DNA of 64,000 bases from Gemmobacter sp. (GCA_034519525.1 JAXHOJ010000018.1:48-64047), one strand, 5' to 3'. Shown: positions 28,070 through 41,058, counted from the first letter of the stretch. Notes: a model not told the origin generated them from the sequence alone. Made by a program: numbers and translations.

Positions 28070-30023
28070 TCATGCGCGGGATTTGCCGGGGGTGACGTCA
28101 CCCAGATCACGCAGCTTCATTTCCTTGAACTGCGTTTCGATCCGGCCACGCTGCGCCGAAGGATAGGCCGACAGCGGCGGGATGCCGCCGCCTGTCAGAC
28201 AGTTCAGCAGGATATCGCGGGCGATGGGGGCCGCGACGGTGGACCCGCCGCCGCCATGTTCCACCACCAGCGATACCGCAACCTTGGGCCGGTCGAAGGG
28301 CGCATAGCAGACGAACAGCGCATGGTCGCGCCGTTCCCAGGGCAGCTGATCGTTCGACACCACGCCCGCCGCGCGTTCGGCGGCCGAAATGTTGCGCACC
28401 TGCGCGGTGCCGGTCTTGCCGGCCATCAGCATGGTATCATCGGCGATGCGTGCAGATTTGGCCGTGCCGCGGGCGCCGTTCATCACCTCGAACATGCCGC
28501 GGCGGGCGGATTGCAGATGGGTGGGATCAACCGGCAGCAGCGGCGCCTCGGGCACCGGAACCAGTTCGTTGTCCACCATATGCACCAGACGCGGAGAAAC
28601 GGCGCGCCCGCTGGCCAGCCGCGCCGTCATCACCGCCAGCTGCAGCGGCGAGGTGAGCACATAGCCCTGCCCGATCGAGGCGTTGATCGTATCGCCGATC
28701 CGCCATTCCTGGCCATAGCGCTGCTGTTTCCAGGCCTTGTCGGGCATGACGCCCTCGGTGATGGCCGACATCGGCAGGTCATGCCTTTTGCCCAGACCGA
28801 AGATGCGGCCCATTTCGGCAATCTTGTCGATGCCGACGCGCTGCGCGATATCGTAGAAATACACGTCACAGCTTTCGGCCAGCGCCGAGTTCAGCGACAC
28901 GGTTCCATGGCCGCCGCGCTTCCAGCAGTGGAAGCGACGGGTGCCGACCTCGTAATGCCCCGGGCAATAGACCCCGGTCTGCGGCGTGATGACCCCGGCC
29001 TCCAGCGCCGCCAGCGCGGTGACCATCTTGAAGGTCGACCCCGGCGGATAGGCGCCCTGCACGGATTTATTGGCCAGCGGGCGGTGATCATTGCCGGTGA
29101 GCATGGAATAATCCGCCTGGCTGATCCCCCGCACGAACAAGTTGGGATCGAAGGACGGGGAAGAAGCGATGGCGAGGATATCGCCGGTTTCCACATCCAT
29201 CGCCACGGCAGCGGCGCTTTCATCGCCCAGACGCACCTGCGCGAAATTCTGCATCTGGGCATCAATCGTCAGCCGGATGTCCGATCCGGGCACGCCCTCC
29301 TGCCGCTCCAGCTCGCGCATGACGCGGCCGACGTGGTTCACCTCGATCCGCTTCTGGCCTGCACGGCCGCGCAGGCGGTCTTCGGTCCAGCGTTCGACGC
29401 CGATCTTGCCGATCTGGAATTTCGGGATCTGCAGCACCGGATCGGGATTTTCCAGCCCTTCCAGATCACGTTCCGACACCGGGCCGACATAGCCCACGAT
29501 ATGGGCAAAATCGGTATCCAGCGGGTAGCTGCGGCTCAGCCCGACCTCGGGGGTAACCCCCGGCAGGCTGGGCGCGTTAATGGCGATCTTGGAGAAATTG
29601 TCCCAGCTGAGCCGGTCTGCCACAGTGATCGGCACGAAAGGCGACCCGCTTTGCTCCACCCTCTTCAGGGTGCGGCGATCTCCTCATCGCGTCAGCGGCA
29701 CGATCGGCGCCTGCCAGCCGGTTCAGCACCAGCTCTACATCGCCCGCATCCTCGCGCGTGATGACGACGCGATAGTTCTGTTCATTGCCCGCGATCAGCT
29801 TGCCGTTGCGATCCTGAATCAGGCCACGGGCAGGCGGGATCAGGCGGATGTTGATCCGGTTTTCTTCGGCCAGCAGACGGAACTCTTCGGCCTGATCGAC
29901 CTGCAGATAGCGCATCCTGGCGCCCAGCACCGCCACGAAACCGGCCATGGCGCCACCCATCAGCAGGGCCCGGCGCCGGATCTTGCGGACGCTTTCTTCG
30001 GTATCGCGTTGTGTGCGTCTCAT
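28070..30023 (-). CDS. mrdA: Penicillin-binding protein 2, frameshift near 29690
   Basis: PARGLIQDRNG, YPPGSTFK (SxxK), SCD (SxN position), KTGT. Confidence 0.93.
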
Positions 30024-30559
30024 AGCCGCCGTCCCATCTCGTCGACCTCGCCCATCCCCGGCTTGTGAACGCCCAGCGTGACATGGCTGAGCCAGACCAC
30101 CACCGGATAGAACAGGATCGAGGCCAGCACCTGTGCCAGAGCATAGCCAAAGGCCACCTGCGGCAGAAAGGTGACCGCAAGGATCAGCCGGTAGCCCAGA
30201 AACATGGCCAGCATCAGTGCAGCCATGAATAGCCATTCTACCACAAAACTCAATTCACGGGTCAGTGCGATGCGCGAGCGCAGAAATTCGGTGCCCACCA
30301 GCATGAGCGCAGCCCAAAGGCCCGGCGGGCGCATCAGCAGCAGGTCTTCCAGCAGCACCATGGCCACGATCAGCAGGGCCGGCAGGTAATCGGGGCGGCG
30401 CAGCAGCCAGGCGAGGATCAGGCACATCAGCAGATCGGGGCCCGGCAGGCTGCCGGGCAATCCGCCCATGGGCATCAGCCGGATGAAGATGAGGGCCAGC
30501 GCCACCGCAACGAAGATCCCCCGGTGCAGCAGGATATCGCGGCGGAGCGGATCAACCAT
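30020..30559 (-). CDS. mreD: Rod shape-determining protein MreD
   Basis: Hydrophobic; PGPDLLMC..WLLRRPD; lies between mreC and mrdA. Confidence 0.88.
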   Translation of the reverse strand: MVDPLRRDILLHRGIFVAVALALIFIRLMPMGGLPGSLPGPDLLMCLILAWLLRRPDYLPALLIVAMVLLEDLLLMRPPGLWAALMLVGTEFLRSRIALTRELSFVVEWLFMAALMLAMFLGYRLILAVTFLPQVAFGYALAQVLASILFYPVVVWLSHVTLGVHKPGMGEVDEMGRRL

Positions 30560-31493
30560 CCTGCCCGGCCTCTGCCGCTTCGGCGTTCACCTCGGCCTCG
30601 GGCACGGGGGCCGGGCCATAGGGCTCGGTCGGCACCGGGGCGGCCACCAGCCCGCCCGGATCGGTGAGCGGTTCCAGATCGTGGCTGCGCAGCACGCGCA
30701 GGAATTCCAGCCGTTCATAATCGGCAGACAGGCGTACCCGCAGCCGACGATCCGGCCCCTGTGCCACGGCCCCCACCAGCAGGCCCGCCGGAAAGACCCC
30801 GCCATCGCCAGAAGTGACCACCTGATCGCCGGGGCGGATCATGTCGGGCTTTTCGATGAATTCCAGCGGCGGGGCGGCAGTATTGTCACCCGACAGCAGG
30901 GCGCGCTGCCCCGAGGGTTCGATCACCACGGGGATGCGGCTGTTGCTGTCGGTCAGCAGGATCACCCGCGCCGTGCGGCGGCCCACGCCGGAAATGCGCC
31001 CCACCAGCCCGATGCCATCCATCGCGGCCCAGCCATCGCGGATTCCATCACGGGCGCCCACGTTCAGCAGCACCGATTGCCGGAACGGGCTGCCGCTGTC
31101 GGCCAGCACCACGCCGGTGATATGGGTCAGCTTCGGATCCAGCCGCACCTGATTGAGATCCAGCAGCTTGGCGTTTTCCTGTTCAAGCCGCAGGGCGGCC
31201 TCTTTCCAGACGCGCATCTGCTGCAGTTCCTGCCGCAGATCCTGGTTCTGTTCGTAAAGTTTGGTGTAGGACTGAAAGCCCTTCACCATATCGCCTGCCT
31301 TGGTCACCGGCAGCAGCATCCAGTCAAAACTGGGCACCACGCGATCCACCAGCGCGGTGCGGAAGCGTTCCACCCGCGGGCTGTCGATCCGCCACAGCAT
31401 GAACAGGGCGAGCAGAAGAATTGCCAGCAGCCCGATCAGGATACGCCGGATCGGGCGGGCAAATTCTTCCGGTGATGTCCGGTTGCGTGCCAA
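30552..31493 (-). CDS. mreC: Rod shape-determining protein MreC
   Basis: TM segment, coiled coil LEQENAKL, GLVGRI, VVTSGDGGVFPAGL. Confidence 0.93.
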   Translation of the reverse strand: MARNRTSPEEFARPIRRILIGLLAILLLALFMLWRIDSPRVERFRTALVDRVVPSFDWMLLPVTKAGDMVKGFQSYTKLYEQNQDLRQELQQMRVWKEAALRLEQENAKLLDLNQVRLDPKLTHITGVVLADSGSPFRQSVLLNVGARDGIRDGWAAMDGIGLVGRISGVGRRTARVILLTDSNSRIPVVIEPSGQRALLSGDNTAAPPLEFIEKPDMIRPGDQVVTSGDGGVFPAGLLVGAVAQGPDRRLRVRLSADYERLEFLRVLRSHDLEPLTDPGGLVAAPVPTEPYGPAPVPEAEVNAEAAEAGQDG

Positions 31494-31525
31494 GCTCGGC
31501 CCTCACCCTGTGGCGTCAGATGCGA

Positions 31526-32713
<1,188 letters not shown>

Positions 32714-32788
32714 TTACGATTTTTGCTGTGCGAATTTGGGCATCTTGACCAAGTAAATTGCACAAATCGAACAATCTGGCCCTTCACC

Positions 32789-33529
32789 CTATCGGCGGCG
32801 GCGGACAACCGGCAAACGCGACGCCGCATAGCTCGCCTCTGGGTGGTCAGGGTGGCCTGCGGTGCGGCGCCAGAAGGCCGGGCCACCCCGGCGCAGGAAG
32901 GCCGGAAGGCACAGGATGATTCCCGCCAGGAAGCCGCCGGCATGGGCCCAATAGGCCACGCCGCCCATATCCGTGGGGTTGGTAAAGCCGCCCAGCAGCT
33001 GCATCGCGAACCAGAAGCCCAGCACGATCCAGGCCGGAATGGGGAAGATGCGGAAGAAGATGATGATGATGACCAGCACATCCACCCGCGCCCGGGGATA
33101 CATCAGCAGATAGCCCCCCATCACCGCCGCAATGGCGCCCGAGGCCCCGACCATGGGGATGACAGAGGCCGGATCGGCCCCCACCTGCAAAGCCGCCGCC
33201 CCGACCCCGCCCGCCAGATAGAACAGCAGGAAACGGGCATGGCCCATCAGATCTTCCAGATTGTCACCGAAGACCCAGAGGAACAGCATGTTCCCCAGAA
33301 GGTGCATCCAGCCGCCATGCAGGAACATCGAGGTGAAGACGGTTTGCCAGTCGCCCATCTCGATCAGCCGCAGCGGGATCAGGCCCCAGTCGAAAAAGAA
33401 CTGGTCCAGCGCCGGGCCATCCGGCAGGCCGAACCAGTAAGACAGGAACACAAGGACATTGGCCGCAATCAGCGCCAGTGTCACGAAGGGGGTACGCCCC
33501 GAAGGGTTATGGTCGCGGATCGGAAACAT
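32789..33529 (-). CDS. Rhomboid intramembrane serine protease
   Basis: SMFLHGGWMHLLGNM, VGASGAI, AYWAHAGG. Confidence 0.92.
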   Translation of the reverse strand: MFPIRDHNPSGRTPFVTLALIAANVLVFLSYWFGLPDGPALDQFFFDWGLIPLRLIEMGDWQTVFTSMFLHGGWMHLLGNMLFLWVFGDNLEDLMGHARFLLFYLAGGVGAAALQVGADPASVIPMVGASGAIAAVMGGYLLMYPRARVDVLVIIIIFFRIFPIPAWIVLGFWFAMQLLGGFTNPTDMGGVAYWAHAGGFLAGIILCLPAFLRRGGPAFWRRTAGHPDHPEASYAASRLPVVRRRR

Positions 33530-33567
33530 GGTGCAGGCTTCCCGATCCGCGGCCTTTCGTCAAGCGA

Positions 33568-36500
33568 TCAGCCTTCCGATACCTTGGCCAGCAACTGTGC
33601 ATTGCCGCCCGAGGCAGTGGTGTCGATGCAGACATGCCGTTCCAGCGCCACATGGGCGGCATCAGGCAGACCGCCGATCAGCGGCAGGATGGGGCCACGG
33701 CGGCCCGCCAGCGCCTGCGCATGGGCGCGCCCGTCGCCCCCCCAGAGGATCGCCCCGGCAAAGCCTGACAGCCGTGCCAGCGCCGCAGGGTCCAGCCCCG
33801 GCGCCTCGACCGCAAGGCCGCCCAGCGCCCGCACCGCCTCGGCCTGTGCCAGCGCGGCCTGTGCGCCCGGCCCCAGGCAAAGCAATGGCGCCCGCTGATA
33901 GGCCGACAGCCGGTTGCTTTCGCCCGTCGGCCCCGGCAGGTCATGGGTCTGCAGGGCCACGGGATGGGGTGCCAGGGCCGACAGGCGACGCTGTGCCTCT
34001 GCCTCTGTCACCGGGGCACTGCCCGCCTCTGCCGGGGCCGGGGCGGGCTGTGCGGTGTAGCGGGTCAGATAGTCCGGCCCGCCCGCCTTGGGCCCGGTGC
34101 CCGAAAGCCCCTCACCCCCGAAGGGCTGGCTGCCCACCACGGCACCGATCTGGTTGCGGTTCACATAGATGTTGCCGACATGCAGCGCCTCGACGATGCG
34201 CTGCACCCGGTCGTCGATGCGGGTATGCAGGCCGAAGGTCAGGCCATAGCCGGTGGCATTGACCGCCGCGATCACCGCGTCGATCTGCGAGGCCTTGAAG
34301 GTGGCGACATGCAGGATGGGGCCGAAGATCTCGCGCTGCATCTGCGCGATGCCGCTGACCCGGATCACCGCCGGCGCAATGAAGGTGCCGGTGGCCGGCG
34401 CGGCCAGTTCCTTCACCACCCGCCCTTCTGCCCTGGCAGCATCGACATAGGCGCGGATCGCCCCCTGCGCCTCGGCATCAATCACCGGGCCGACATCGGT
34501 GTGCAGATGCCAAGGGTTGCCCAGCGTCAGCTCATCCATCGCGCCCGCCAGCATCTCCAGCAGGGGATCGGCAATGTCTTCCTGCACATAGAGGCAGCGC
34601 AAAGCCGAACAGCGCTGCCCCGCGCTCTGGAAGCTGGATGCCAGAATGTCGCGCACCGCCTGTTCGGGCAAAGCGGTGCTGTCCACCAGCATGGCATTCA
34701 GCCCGCCGGTTTCCGCGATCAGCGGCGCTGTCGGGTCCAGATGATCGGCCATGGACTGGCGGATCTTCAGCGCGGTTTCCGTCGATCCGGTGAAGGCCAC
34801 GCCATTCACGCGGGGATCGCGGGTCAGCATCGCCCCCACGGCCCCATCGCCGGGCAGCAGTTGCAGCACCGTCGCAGGCACGCCCGCCCGGTGCAGCAGA
34901 TCGACCGCGAAGGTGGCAATCAGCGGTGTCTGTTCGGCGGGTTTTGCCAGCACGGCATTGCCTGCCGCCAGTGCTGCGGCAATCTGGCCGGTGAAGATCG
35001 CCAGGGGGAAGTTCCACGGGCTGATGCAGGTGAACACCCCACGCGGCGGCGCGGTCTGCGCGGCGCCCTGATCGGCGTAGTAGCGCAGGAAATCCACCGC
35101 CTCGCGCAGTTCGGCCACGGCATCCGACAGGCTCTTGCCCGCCTCACGCGCCAGCAGGGCGAAGATCGGGCCAAATTCGGCCTCATACAAATCAGCGGCG
35201 CGGCGCAGGATTTCGGCCCGCTCTGCCGGGGCGGCATCCCAGGGCTGCGCCGCCGACAGCGCGGTTTCCACATCCGGCGCGGCGGCGGGCAGCAGATTGC
35301 CCACCCGCTCGCCCGTGGCAGGGTTGCGCACATCCAGCCGCTGCCCCCCGGCCACCGATCCGGCCAGACGCGGGCGGGCATCGAACAGCACGGTTTCATG
35401 CGGCGCCCGTGCGGCCTCGATCATGGCCAGATCGGCGGCATCGGTCAGATCGAAACCCTTGGAGTTGCGCCGCGCCCCGAACAGCTCTGCCGCCGTCAGG
35501 ATGGCCGGGTTCGCGATGCTGGACACCTGCTCCATGTAATCGAACGGGCAGGCCGCCACGGTTTCGGGCGCCACATCCTCGTTCACGATCTGGTTCACGA
35601 AAGACGAATTGGCGCCGTTTTCCAGCAGGCGGCGCACCAGATAGGCCAGCAGGTCGCGGTGCGCGCCAACAGGGGCATAGATGCGGCAGCGCGCGCCCTG
35701 ATCGGCCAGCACCAGATCATGCAGCCGTTCGCCCATGCCATGCAGGCGCTGAAACTCGAACTCGCGCAGGCCGATACCAGCCGTTTGCGCCATATCCAGA
35801 ATGGCCGCCACCGTATGCGCATTGTGCCCCGCGAATTGCGGATAGATGCGGTCGGTCATGCCCAGCAGTTTCTTCGCATTGGCGATATAGCTGACATCGG
35901 TGGCCTGCTTGCGGGTGAACACCGGGAAGCTGTCCAGCCCCAGCACCTGCGCCCGCTTCACCTCGGCATCCCAATAGGCGCCCTTCACCAGCCGCACCAT
36001 GATCTTGCGATCCAGCCGGGTGGACAGGGCATAAAGCCAGTCCAGCACCGCGCCTGCCCGGCGGCCATAGGCCTGCACCACCACGCCGAAGCCATCCCAG
36101 CCCTTCAGCGCCGTATCCTGCAACACCGCCTCGATCACTTCCAGCGACAGGGCCAGGCGGTCGGCCTCTTCGGCGTCGATGTTGAAGCCCAGCCCGGCGG
36201 CCTTGGCGAGGCCAGCCAGCGCGCGGACCCGGGGCACCAGTTCTTCCATCACGCGGTCGCGCTTGGCCACCTCGTAGCGCGGATGCAGCGCCGAAAGTTT
36301 CACCGAAATGCCTGGGTTGCTGCGGATATCGCCCTTGGTGGCAGCCGCGGCAATCGCCGTGATCGCCTTGGAATAGCTCAGGTGATAGCGCCGCGCGTCA
36401 CCTTCCGTACGCGCGGCCTCGCCCAGCATGTCATAGCTGTAGGTATAGCCTTTGGCCTCCAGCTCTTCGGCGCGCTTCATCGCGCCTTCGATGGTTTCGC

Positions 36501-37020
36501 CCAGCACGAACTGGCGGCCCATCTCTTTCATCGCGCGGGAAACGGCGGTGCGGATCACGGGTTCCCCCAGACGTTTCACCATGCCGCGCAGCAGGCCCAC
36601 CACACCGGGTTCGCGGTCTTCCAGCACCTTGCCGGTCAGCATCAAGGCCCAGGTGGAGGCATTGACCAGGCTGGAGGCCGAATGGCCCAGATGGCGGCCC
36701 CAGTCGGACGGCGCGATCTTGTCTTCGATCAGCGCATCCATGGTTTCGGCATCGGGCACCCGCAGCAGCGCCTCGGCCAGACACATCAGCGCGATGCCCT
36801 CGTCGGTCGACAGGCCATATTCGGCCAGAAAGACCTCCATCAGCCCCGGCTTCACCGAAGCCCGGATGCGGCGCACCAGATCGGCGCCCGCCGCGGTGAT
36901 CCGGGCGCGGGCGGCGGCATCAAGGCCCGCCTCGGCGATCAGGGCGCGCACCAGATCAGCCTCGCTGCGCAGGCTTTGGGTTTCGATCACGGTCCAGTCG
37001 TGCTGCATGTCGCGGGGCAT
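33568..37020 (-). CDS. putA: Bifunctional proline dehydrogenase / P5C dehydrogenase
   Basis: SYDMLGE, IDAEE, VRLVKGAYWD, RRLLENGAN, ETGG, SAGQRCSA, GTGPKAGG. Confidence 0.97.
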   Translation of the reverse strand: MPRDMQHDWTVIETQSLRSEADLVRALIAEAGLDAAARARITAAGADLVRRIRASVKPGLMEVFLAEYGLSTDEGIALMCLAEALLRVPDAETMDALIEDKIAPSDWGRHLGHSASSLVNASTWALMLTGKVLEDREPGVVGLLRGMVKRLGEPVIRTAVSRAMKEMGRQFVLGETIEGAMKRAEELEAKGYTYSYDMLGEAARTEGDARRYHLSYSKAITAIAAAATKGDIRSNPGISVKLSALHPRYEVAKRDRVMEELVPRVRALAGLAKAAGLGFNIDAEEADRLALSLEVIEAVLQDTALKGWDGFGVVVQAYGRRAGAVLDWLYALSTRLDRKIMVRLVKGAYWDAEVKRAQVLGLDSFPVFTRKQATDVSYIANAKKLLGMTDRIYPQFAGHNAHTVAAILDMAQTAGIGLREFEFQRLHGMGERLHDLVLADQGARCRIYAPVGAHRDLLAYLVRRLLENGANSSFVNQIVNEDVAPETVAACPFDYMEQVSSIANPAILTAAELFGARRNSKGFDLTDAADLAMIEAARAPHETVLFDARPRLAGSVAGGQRLDVRNPATGERVGNLLPAAAPDVETALSAAQPWDAAPAERAEILRRAADLYEAEFGPIFALLAREAGKSLSDAVAELREAVDFLRYYADQGAAQTAPPRGVFTCISPWNFPLAIFTGQIAAALAAGNAVLAKPAEQTPLIATFAVDLLHRAGVPATVLQLLPGDGAVGAMLTRDPRVNGVAFTGSTETALKIRQSMADHLDPTAPLIAETGGLNAMLVDSTALPEQAVRDILASSFQSAGQRCSALRCLYVQEDIADPLLEMLAGAMDELTLGNPWHLHTDVGPVIDAEAQGAIRAYVDAARAEGRVVKELAAPATGTFIAPAVIRVSGIAQMQREIFGPILHVATFKASQIDAVIAAVNATGYGLTFGLHTRIDDRVQRIVEALHVGNIYVNRNQIGAVVGSQPFGGEGLSGTGPKAGGPDYLTRYTAQPAPAPAEAGSAPVTEAEAQRRLSALAPHPVALQTHDLPGPTGESNRLSAYQRAPLLCLGPGAQAALAQAEAVRALGGLAVEAPGLDPAALARLSGFAGAILWGGDGRAHAQALAGRRGPILPLIGGLPDAAHVALERHVCIDTTASGGNAQLLAKVSEG

Positions 37021-37127
37021 CTGCGTCTCTCCTGATGGCAGCACCAGAATAGCGCTGATTGCGCAGGCGGTTTTCCCGATGATACGCTTCAACGCAGGCG
37101 ATCCGCCTGATTATGAGGGTTTCATCA

Positions 37128-37589
37128 ATGCCATCCGCCCGCGTGCCGCTTGATTCCTATGATGAGGCCATCCTGCGCATCCTGGGGGCCGATGGCCGCA
37201 TCCCGGCAACAGAACTGGCGCGGCGGATCGGGCTTTCGAAATCCCCCACACAGGCGCGGCTGAAACGGCTGGAAGAGGGCGGCGTGATCACCGGCTATCG
37301 CGCCATGCTGGACCCGATCGCCATGGGGCTGGCGCATGTGGCCTTCGTGGAAGTGCGCCTTTCCGACACGCGCGAGGCGGCCCTGCAGGCCTTCAACCGC
37401 GCGGTGCGGGCGATCCCCGAGGTGGAGCAGTGCCATATGATCGCCAGCCGCTTCGACTATCTGCTGAAGGTGCGCACCGCCGATATTCAGGATTATCGCC
37501 GCGTCCTGGCCGAACGCATCAGCGCCCTGCCCCATGTCGCCGGAACCTCGACTTATGTGGCGATGGAGGCGGTGAAGGAAACGCTTTAG
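37128..37589 (+). CDS. putR: Lrp/AsnC regulator PutR
   Basis: Lrp HTH (ELARRIGLSKSPTQARLKRLE), divergent from putA. Confidence 0.88.
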   Translation: MPSARVPLDSYDEAILRILGADGRIPATELARRIGLSKSPTQARLKRLEEGGVITGYRAMLDPIAMGLAHVAFVEVRLSDTREAALQAFNRAVRAIPEVEQCHMIASRFDYLLKVRTADIQDYRRVLAERISALPHVAGTSTYVAMEAVKETL

Positions 37590-37680
37590 CGCCGCAATCT
37601 GCGCATCTGTTGTGTGTTGGCGATTGACACAGGCCAACAACCTGCGCGATTCATGAAAAAACAAATCAACGAGCAGCAAG

Positions 37681-38490
37681 TTGCAATATCGTATCCTCTT
37701 CGGGGTCAAGGAAGACCGCAGGGCCGTTATCGAGCCGATCCTGCGTGAAACCGATTTCAGCTTTCACATGGCACCGCTCGACAAGGCCGATCTGGGCAGC
37801 TTTGATGCGGTGATCCCGCTGACATTGCCGGATCAGGCGATCCTGCGCCGTCGCCGGGCCGCAGGAGAGGTGTTTTGCAGCCTGCTGCCCGATGCCGCGA
37901 CAGAAAACCTGTGCCACGATAAAAAGGCGCTGAACCTTGCCCTGATCCGCGCGGGTTTTGATCGTTACATCCCGAATATGCTGGACAGCCTGCCAGAAGA
38001 TCCGGCGCGCTATCCTGTTGTCGTGAAAAAGTTCCGAGATGAATGGGGCAAGAATACCCGGATCATCCGGACAGGGGACGCTTTGCCCGGTTTCGATGCC
38101 GAAAACGAATTCCTGCAAGAATGTGTGCCAGGCGCCGATGAATATGCAACCCATCTGTTGGTAAGCAACGGCAAGATCTGCTTTGAACAGACCGTCCGCT
38201 ATACCATGGGGGCAGAGCTTCTGGTGAAGGGAAAATATGCCCATGCCAAGGACGCGAAATGGCAGAATGAAACACCGGATCTGCAGCTGTTTCAGCAGAT
38301 GCTGGACGCCATCGGATTTGCGGATGGCATTTGCTGCATTGATTATCGTCGGATTGACGGGGTGGTGCAGCTTTTTGAAATCAATCCGCGTTTCGGGGCC
38401 TCGCTCGCCCGAAAGGTCGACAGCTTGCTGCAGGCATATCTGAATGCCCTTGGCCACAACCGGCATACGGCCCAAATGCTGGCGGGCTGA
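37681..38490 (+). CDS. ATP-grasp domain protein
   Basis: CHDKK, YPVVVK, FLQECVPG, CIDY, FEINPRFGAS; visibly lower GC than neighbours; TTG start uncertain. Confidence 0.7.
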   Translation: MQYRILFGVKEDRRAVIEPILRETDFSFHMAPLDKADLGSFDAVIPLTLPDQAILRRRRAAGEVFCSLLPDAATENLCHDKKALNLALIRAGFDRYIPNMLDSLPEDPARYPVVVKKFRDEWGKNTRIIRTGDALPGFDAENEFLQECVPGADEYATHLLVSNGKICFEQTVRYTMGAELLVKGKYAHAKDAKWQNETPDLQLFQQMLDAIGFADGICCIDYRRIDGVVQLFEINPRFGASLARKVDSLLQAYLNALGHNRHTAQMLAG

Positions 38491-38597
38491 ACTTCCGGCG
38501 ATGCCGGTTTCGAAATCCTGGATGACCTGTCAGTGCCACCAGACGTGCAAGCCCCCCTTTTACCTCTGGCGGCACGCTGGCAGCACTGCGCTGCAGA

Positions 38598-38721
38598 TCA
38601 CTTTGCCTGCACCGGCGTCCAGTCATCAGGATAGACAACACGGCGGGTCTGCTTTGTCATCTCGTCAAGATATTTCTGGTCGATTTCCCTCGGGGAACTC
38701 ATAGTTGCTGGTCTTGGTCAT
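38598..38721 (-). CDS. Putative small protein (34-40 aa), not in the ORF track
   Basis: GAGGAG RBS 8 nt before ATG 38721. Removing one G near 38688 gives MTKTSNYEFPEEIDQKYLDEMTKQTRRVVYPDDWTPVQAK; an intact 34-aa reading starts at ATG 38702. Confidence 0.4.
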
Positions 38722-39258
38722 GTTTTCATCTCCTCACACCGACCCTTGGCTGCTAAATGCGCAGAACATGAATAAGTTCTGCTAGCATTACGTTACGATT
38801 TCGTCATCTCGACGTCGCAATCAAGGCTCTGCATACGAAAGGACTATGCCTGAGGGCACAAAGCGGCCCTATCTTTTGGACAGGGCAACAGGTGCAACTG
38901 CAGCATGCCGGATTTTTGGTCAAAGCTGCGGACAGGTCATGCCTTTGCCGGTTTTTTCGGCAGGCGATCCGGGCCGGAAATAGGCAATGATTCGGTCGGA
39001 AAACCCGGGGTTTACCTGCTGATAGCCGGTTCGGACCGTAGTTCTGCTGCGCCAGATGTCCAGCGCGAAAAGCAGTTTTTGCTGTGCGGGTATCGAAAAC
39101 AGACAAGTAACCGGCACCCGGAAAGTGCCGGCTGAACACCCTATCTGCAGTTGCTGCAGAATGTTGCGATGATGTGCCGGGATGTGCCGGATGGCCCGAA
39201 ACCGGGGCAGATCAGGCCCGGTGCAGCGCACCAAACCCGATCCCTTGCCCCGATCCTG

Positions 39259-41058
39259 TCAGGAATCCATCTTCAGCGCGTTGATGAAGGCCGATTGCGG
39301 GATTTCAACCTTCCCGAACTGGCGCATCTTCTTCTTGCCCTCTTTCTGCTTCTCCAGCAGCTTCTTCTTCCGGGTGGCGTCGCCGCCATAGCACTTGGCC
39401 GTCACGTCCTTGCGCATGGCCGAAAGCGTCTCGCGCGCGATCACCCGGCCACCGATGGCGGCCTGGATCGGGATCTTGAACATGTGCCGGGGGATCAGCT
39501 CTTTCAGCTTTTCCACCATGACGCGGCCCCGCGCCTCGGCACGGTCGCGGTGCACCATCATCGCCAGCGCATCCACCGGCTCTTCGTTCACCATGATCGA
39601 CATCTTCACCAGATTGTCTTCGCGATATTCGCTGATCTGGTAATCGAACGAGGCATAGCCCTTGGTGACCGATTTCAGCCGGTCGTAGAAATCGAACACA
39701 ACCTCGGCCAGCGGCAGGTCATATTCCACCATGGCGCGGGTGCCGGCATAGGTCAGGTTCTGCTGGATGCCGCGGCGGTCCTGGCACAGTTTCAGGATAT
39801 CGCCCAGATATTCATCCGGCACCATGATCGTCGCCTTGATGCGCGGCTCTTCGATATGGTCGATATAGGTCAGATCCGGCATGTCGGCGGGGTTGTGCAG
39901 ATCGCGCACCTCGCCATCCTTCATGTGCAGCTTGAACACCACCGAAGGCGCGGTGGTGATCAGATCCAGATCATATTCGCGTTCCAGACGGTCGCGCACG
40001 ACCTCCAGATGCAGCAGACCAAGGAAGCCCATGCGGAAGCCAAAGCCAAGCGCGGCACTGGTTTCCATCTCGTAGCTGAAGCTCGCATCGTTCAGCGCCA
40101 GCTTTTCGATGGCATCGCGCAGCGCCTCGAAATCATTGGCATCCACAGGGAACAACCCGCAGAACACCACCGGCTGCGCAGGCTTGAACCCCGGCAGCGG
40201 TTCGGCACAGGGCTTGCGCTCGTGGGTGATGGTATCGCCCACGCGGGTATCGCGCACCTGCTTGATCGAGGCGGTCAGAACGCCGATCTCGCCCGGGCCG
40301 AGTTCGGGAATGTCTACCATCTGCGGCTTCAGCACGGCGAGCTTGTCGAGGCCGTATACCGCGCCGGTCTGCATCATCTTGACGCGGTCGCCCTTCTTGA
40401 TGACCCCATCAATGACGCGGATCATGACGACAACACCCAGATAGCTGTCATACCAGCTGTCAACCAGCATGGCCTTCAAGGGCGCGTTGCGGTCGCCCTT
40501 CGGCGCAGGCAGACGCTTCACGATGGCTTCCAGCACATCGGGGATGCCGAGGCCGGTTTTCGCCGAAATCGGAATCGCCTCGCTGGCGTCGATGCCGATC
40601 ACATCTTCGATGTTTTCCTTCACCCGGTCCGGATCGGCGGCCGGCAGGTCGATCTTGTTCAGCACCGGCACGATATCATGCCCGGCATCAATCGCCTGAT
40701 ACACATTCGCCAGCGTCTGCGCCTCGACACCCTGCGAGGCATCGACAACCAGCAGGGAACCTTCGACAGCGCGCATCGACCGTGACACTTCATAAGCGAA
40801 GTCCACATGGCCGGGGGTGTCGATCAGGTTGAGGATATAGGTCTTGCCATCCTTCGCCGGATATTCGATGCGAACGGTGTTGGCCTTGATGGTGATGCCC
40901 CGCTCGCGCTCGATATCCATGCTGTCAAGCATCTGCGCCTTCATATCGCGCGCAGCCACCGTGCCGGTCATCTGAATGAGCCGGTCGGCAAGGGTGGATT
41001 TGCCGTGGTCGATATGCGCCACGATGGAGAAATTGCGGATGAGATCGAGCTGGGTCAT
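39259..41058 (-). CDS. lepA: Elongation factor 4
   Basis: [46 protein letters not shown]. Confidence 0.98.
   Translation of the reverse strand: MTQLDLIRNFSIVAHIDHGKSTLADRLIQMTGTVAARDMKAQMLDSMDIERERGITIKANTVRIEYPAKDGKTYILNLIDTPGHVDFAYEVSRSMRAVEGSLLVVDASQGVEAQTLANVYQAIDAGHDIVPVLNKIDLPAADPDRVKENIEDVIGIDASEAIPISAKTGLGIPDVLEAIVKRLPAPKGDRNAPLKAMLVDSWYDSYLGVVVMIRVIDGVIKKGDRVKMMQTGAVYGLDKLAVLKPQMVDIPELGPGEIGVLTASIKQVRDTRVGDTITHERKPCAEPLPGFKPAQPVVFCGLFPVDANDFEALRDAIEKLALNDASFSYEMETSAALGFGFRMGFLGLLHLEVVRDRLEREYDLDLITTAPSVVFKLHMKDGEVRDLHNPADMPDLTYIDHIEEPRIKATIMVPDEYLGDILKLCQDRRGIQQNLTYAGTRAMVEYDLPLAEVVFDFYDRLKSVTKGYASFDYQISEYREDNLVKMSIMVNEEPVDALAMMVHRDRAEARGRVMVEKLKELIPRHMFKIPIQAAIGGRVIARETLSAMRKDVTAKCYGGDATRKKKLLEKQKEGKKKMRQFGKVEIPQSAFINALKMDS

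Noticed and set aside
33943-37035. 1030-aa plus-strand ORF and similar long ORFs (16049-18847, 20129-22618, 43228-45162, 55455-57704)
   Set aside because: Antisense shadows of real high-GC genes with no recognisable motifs
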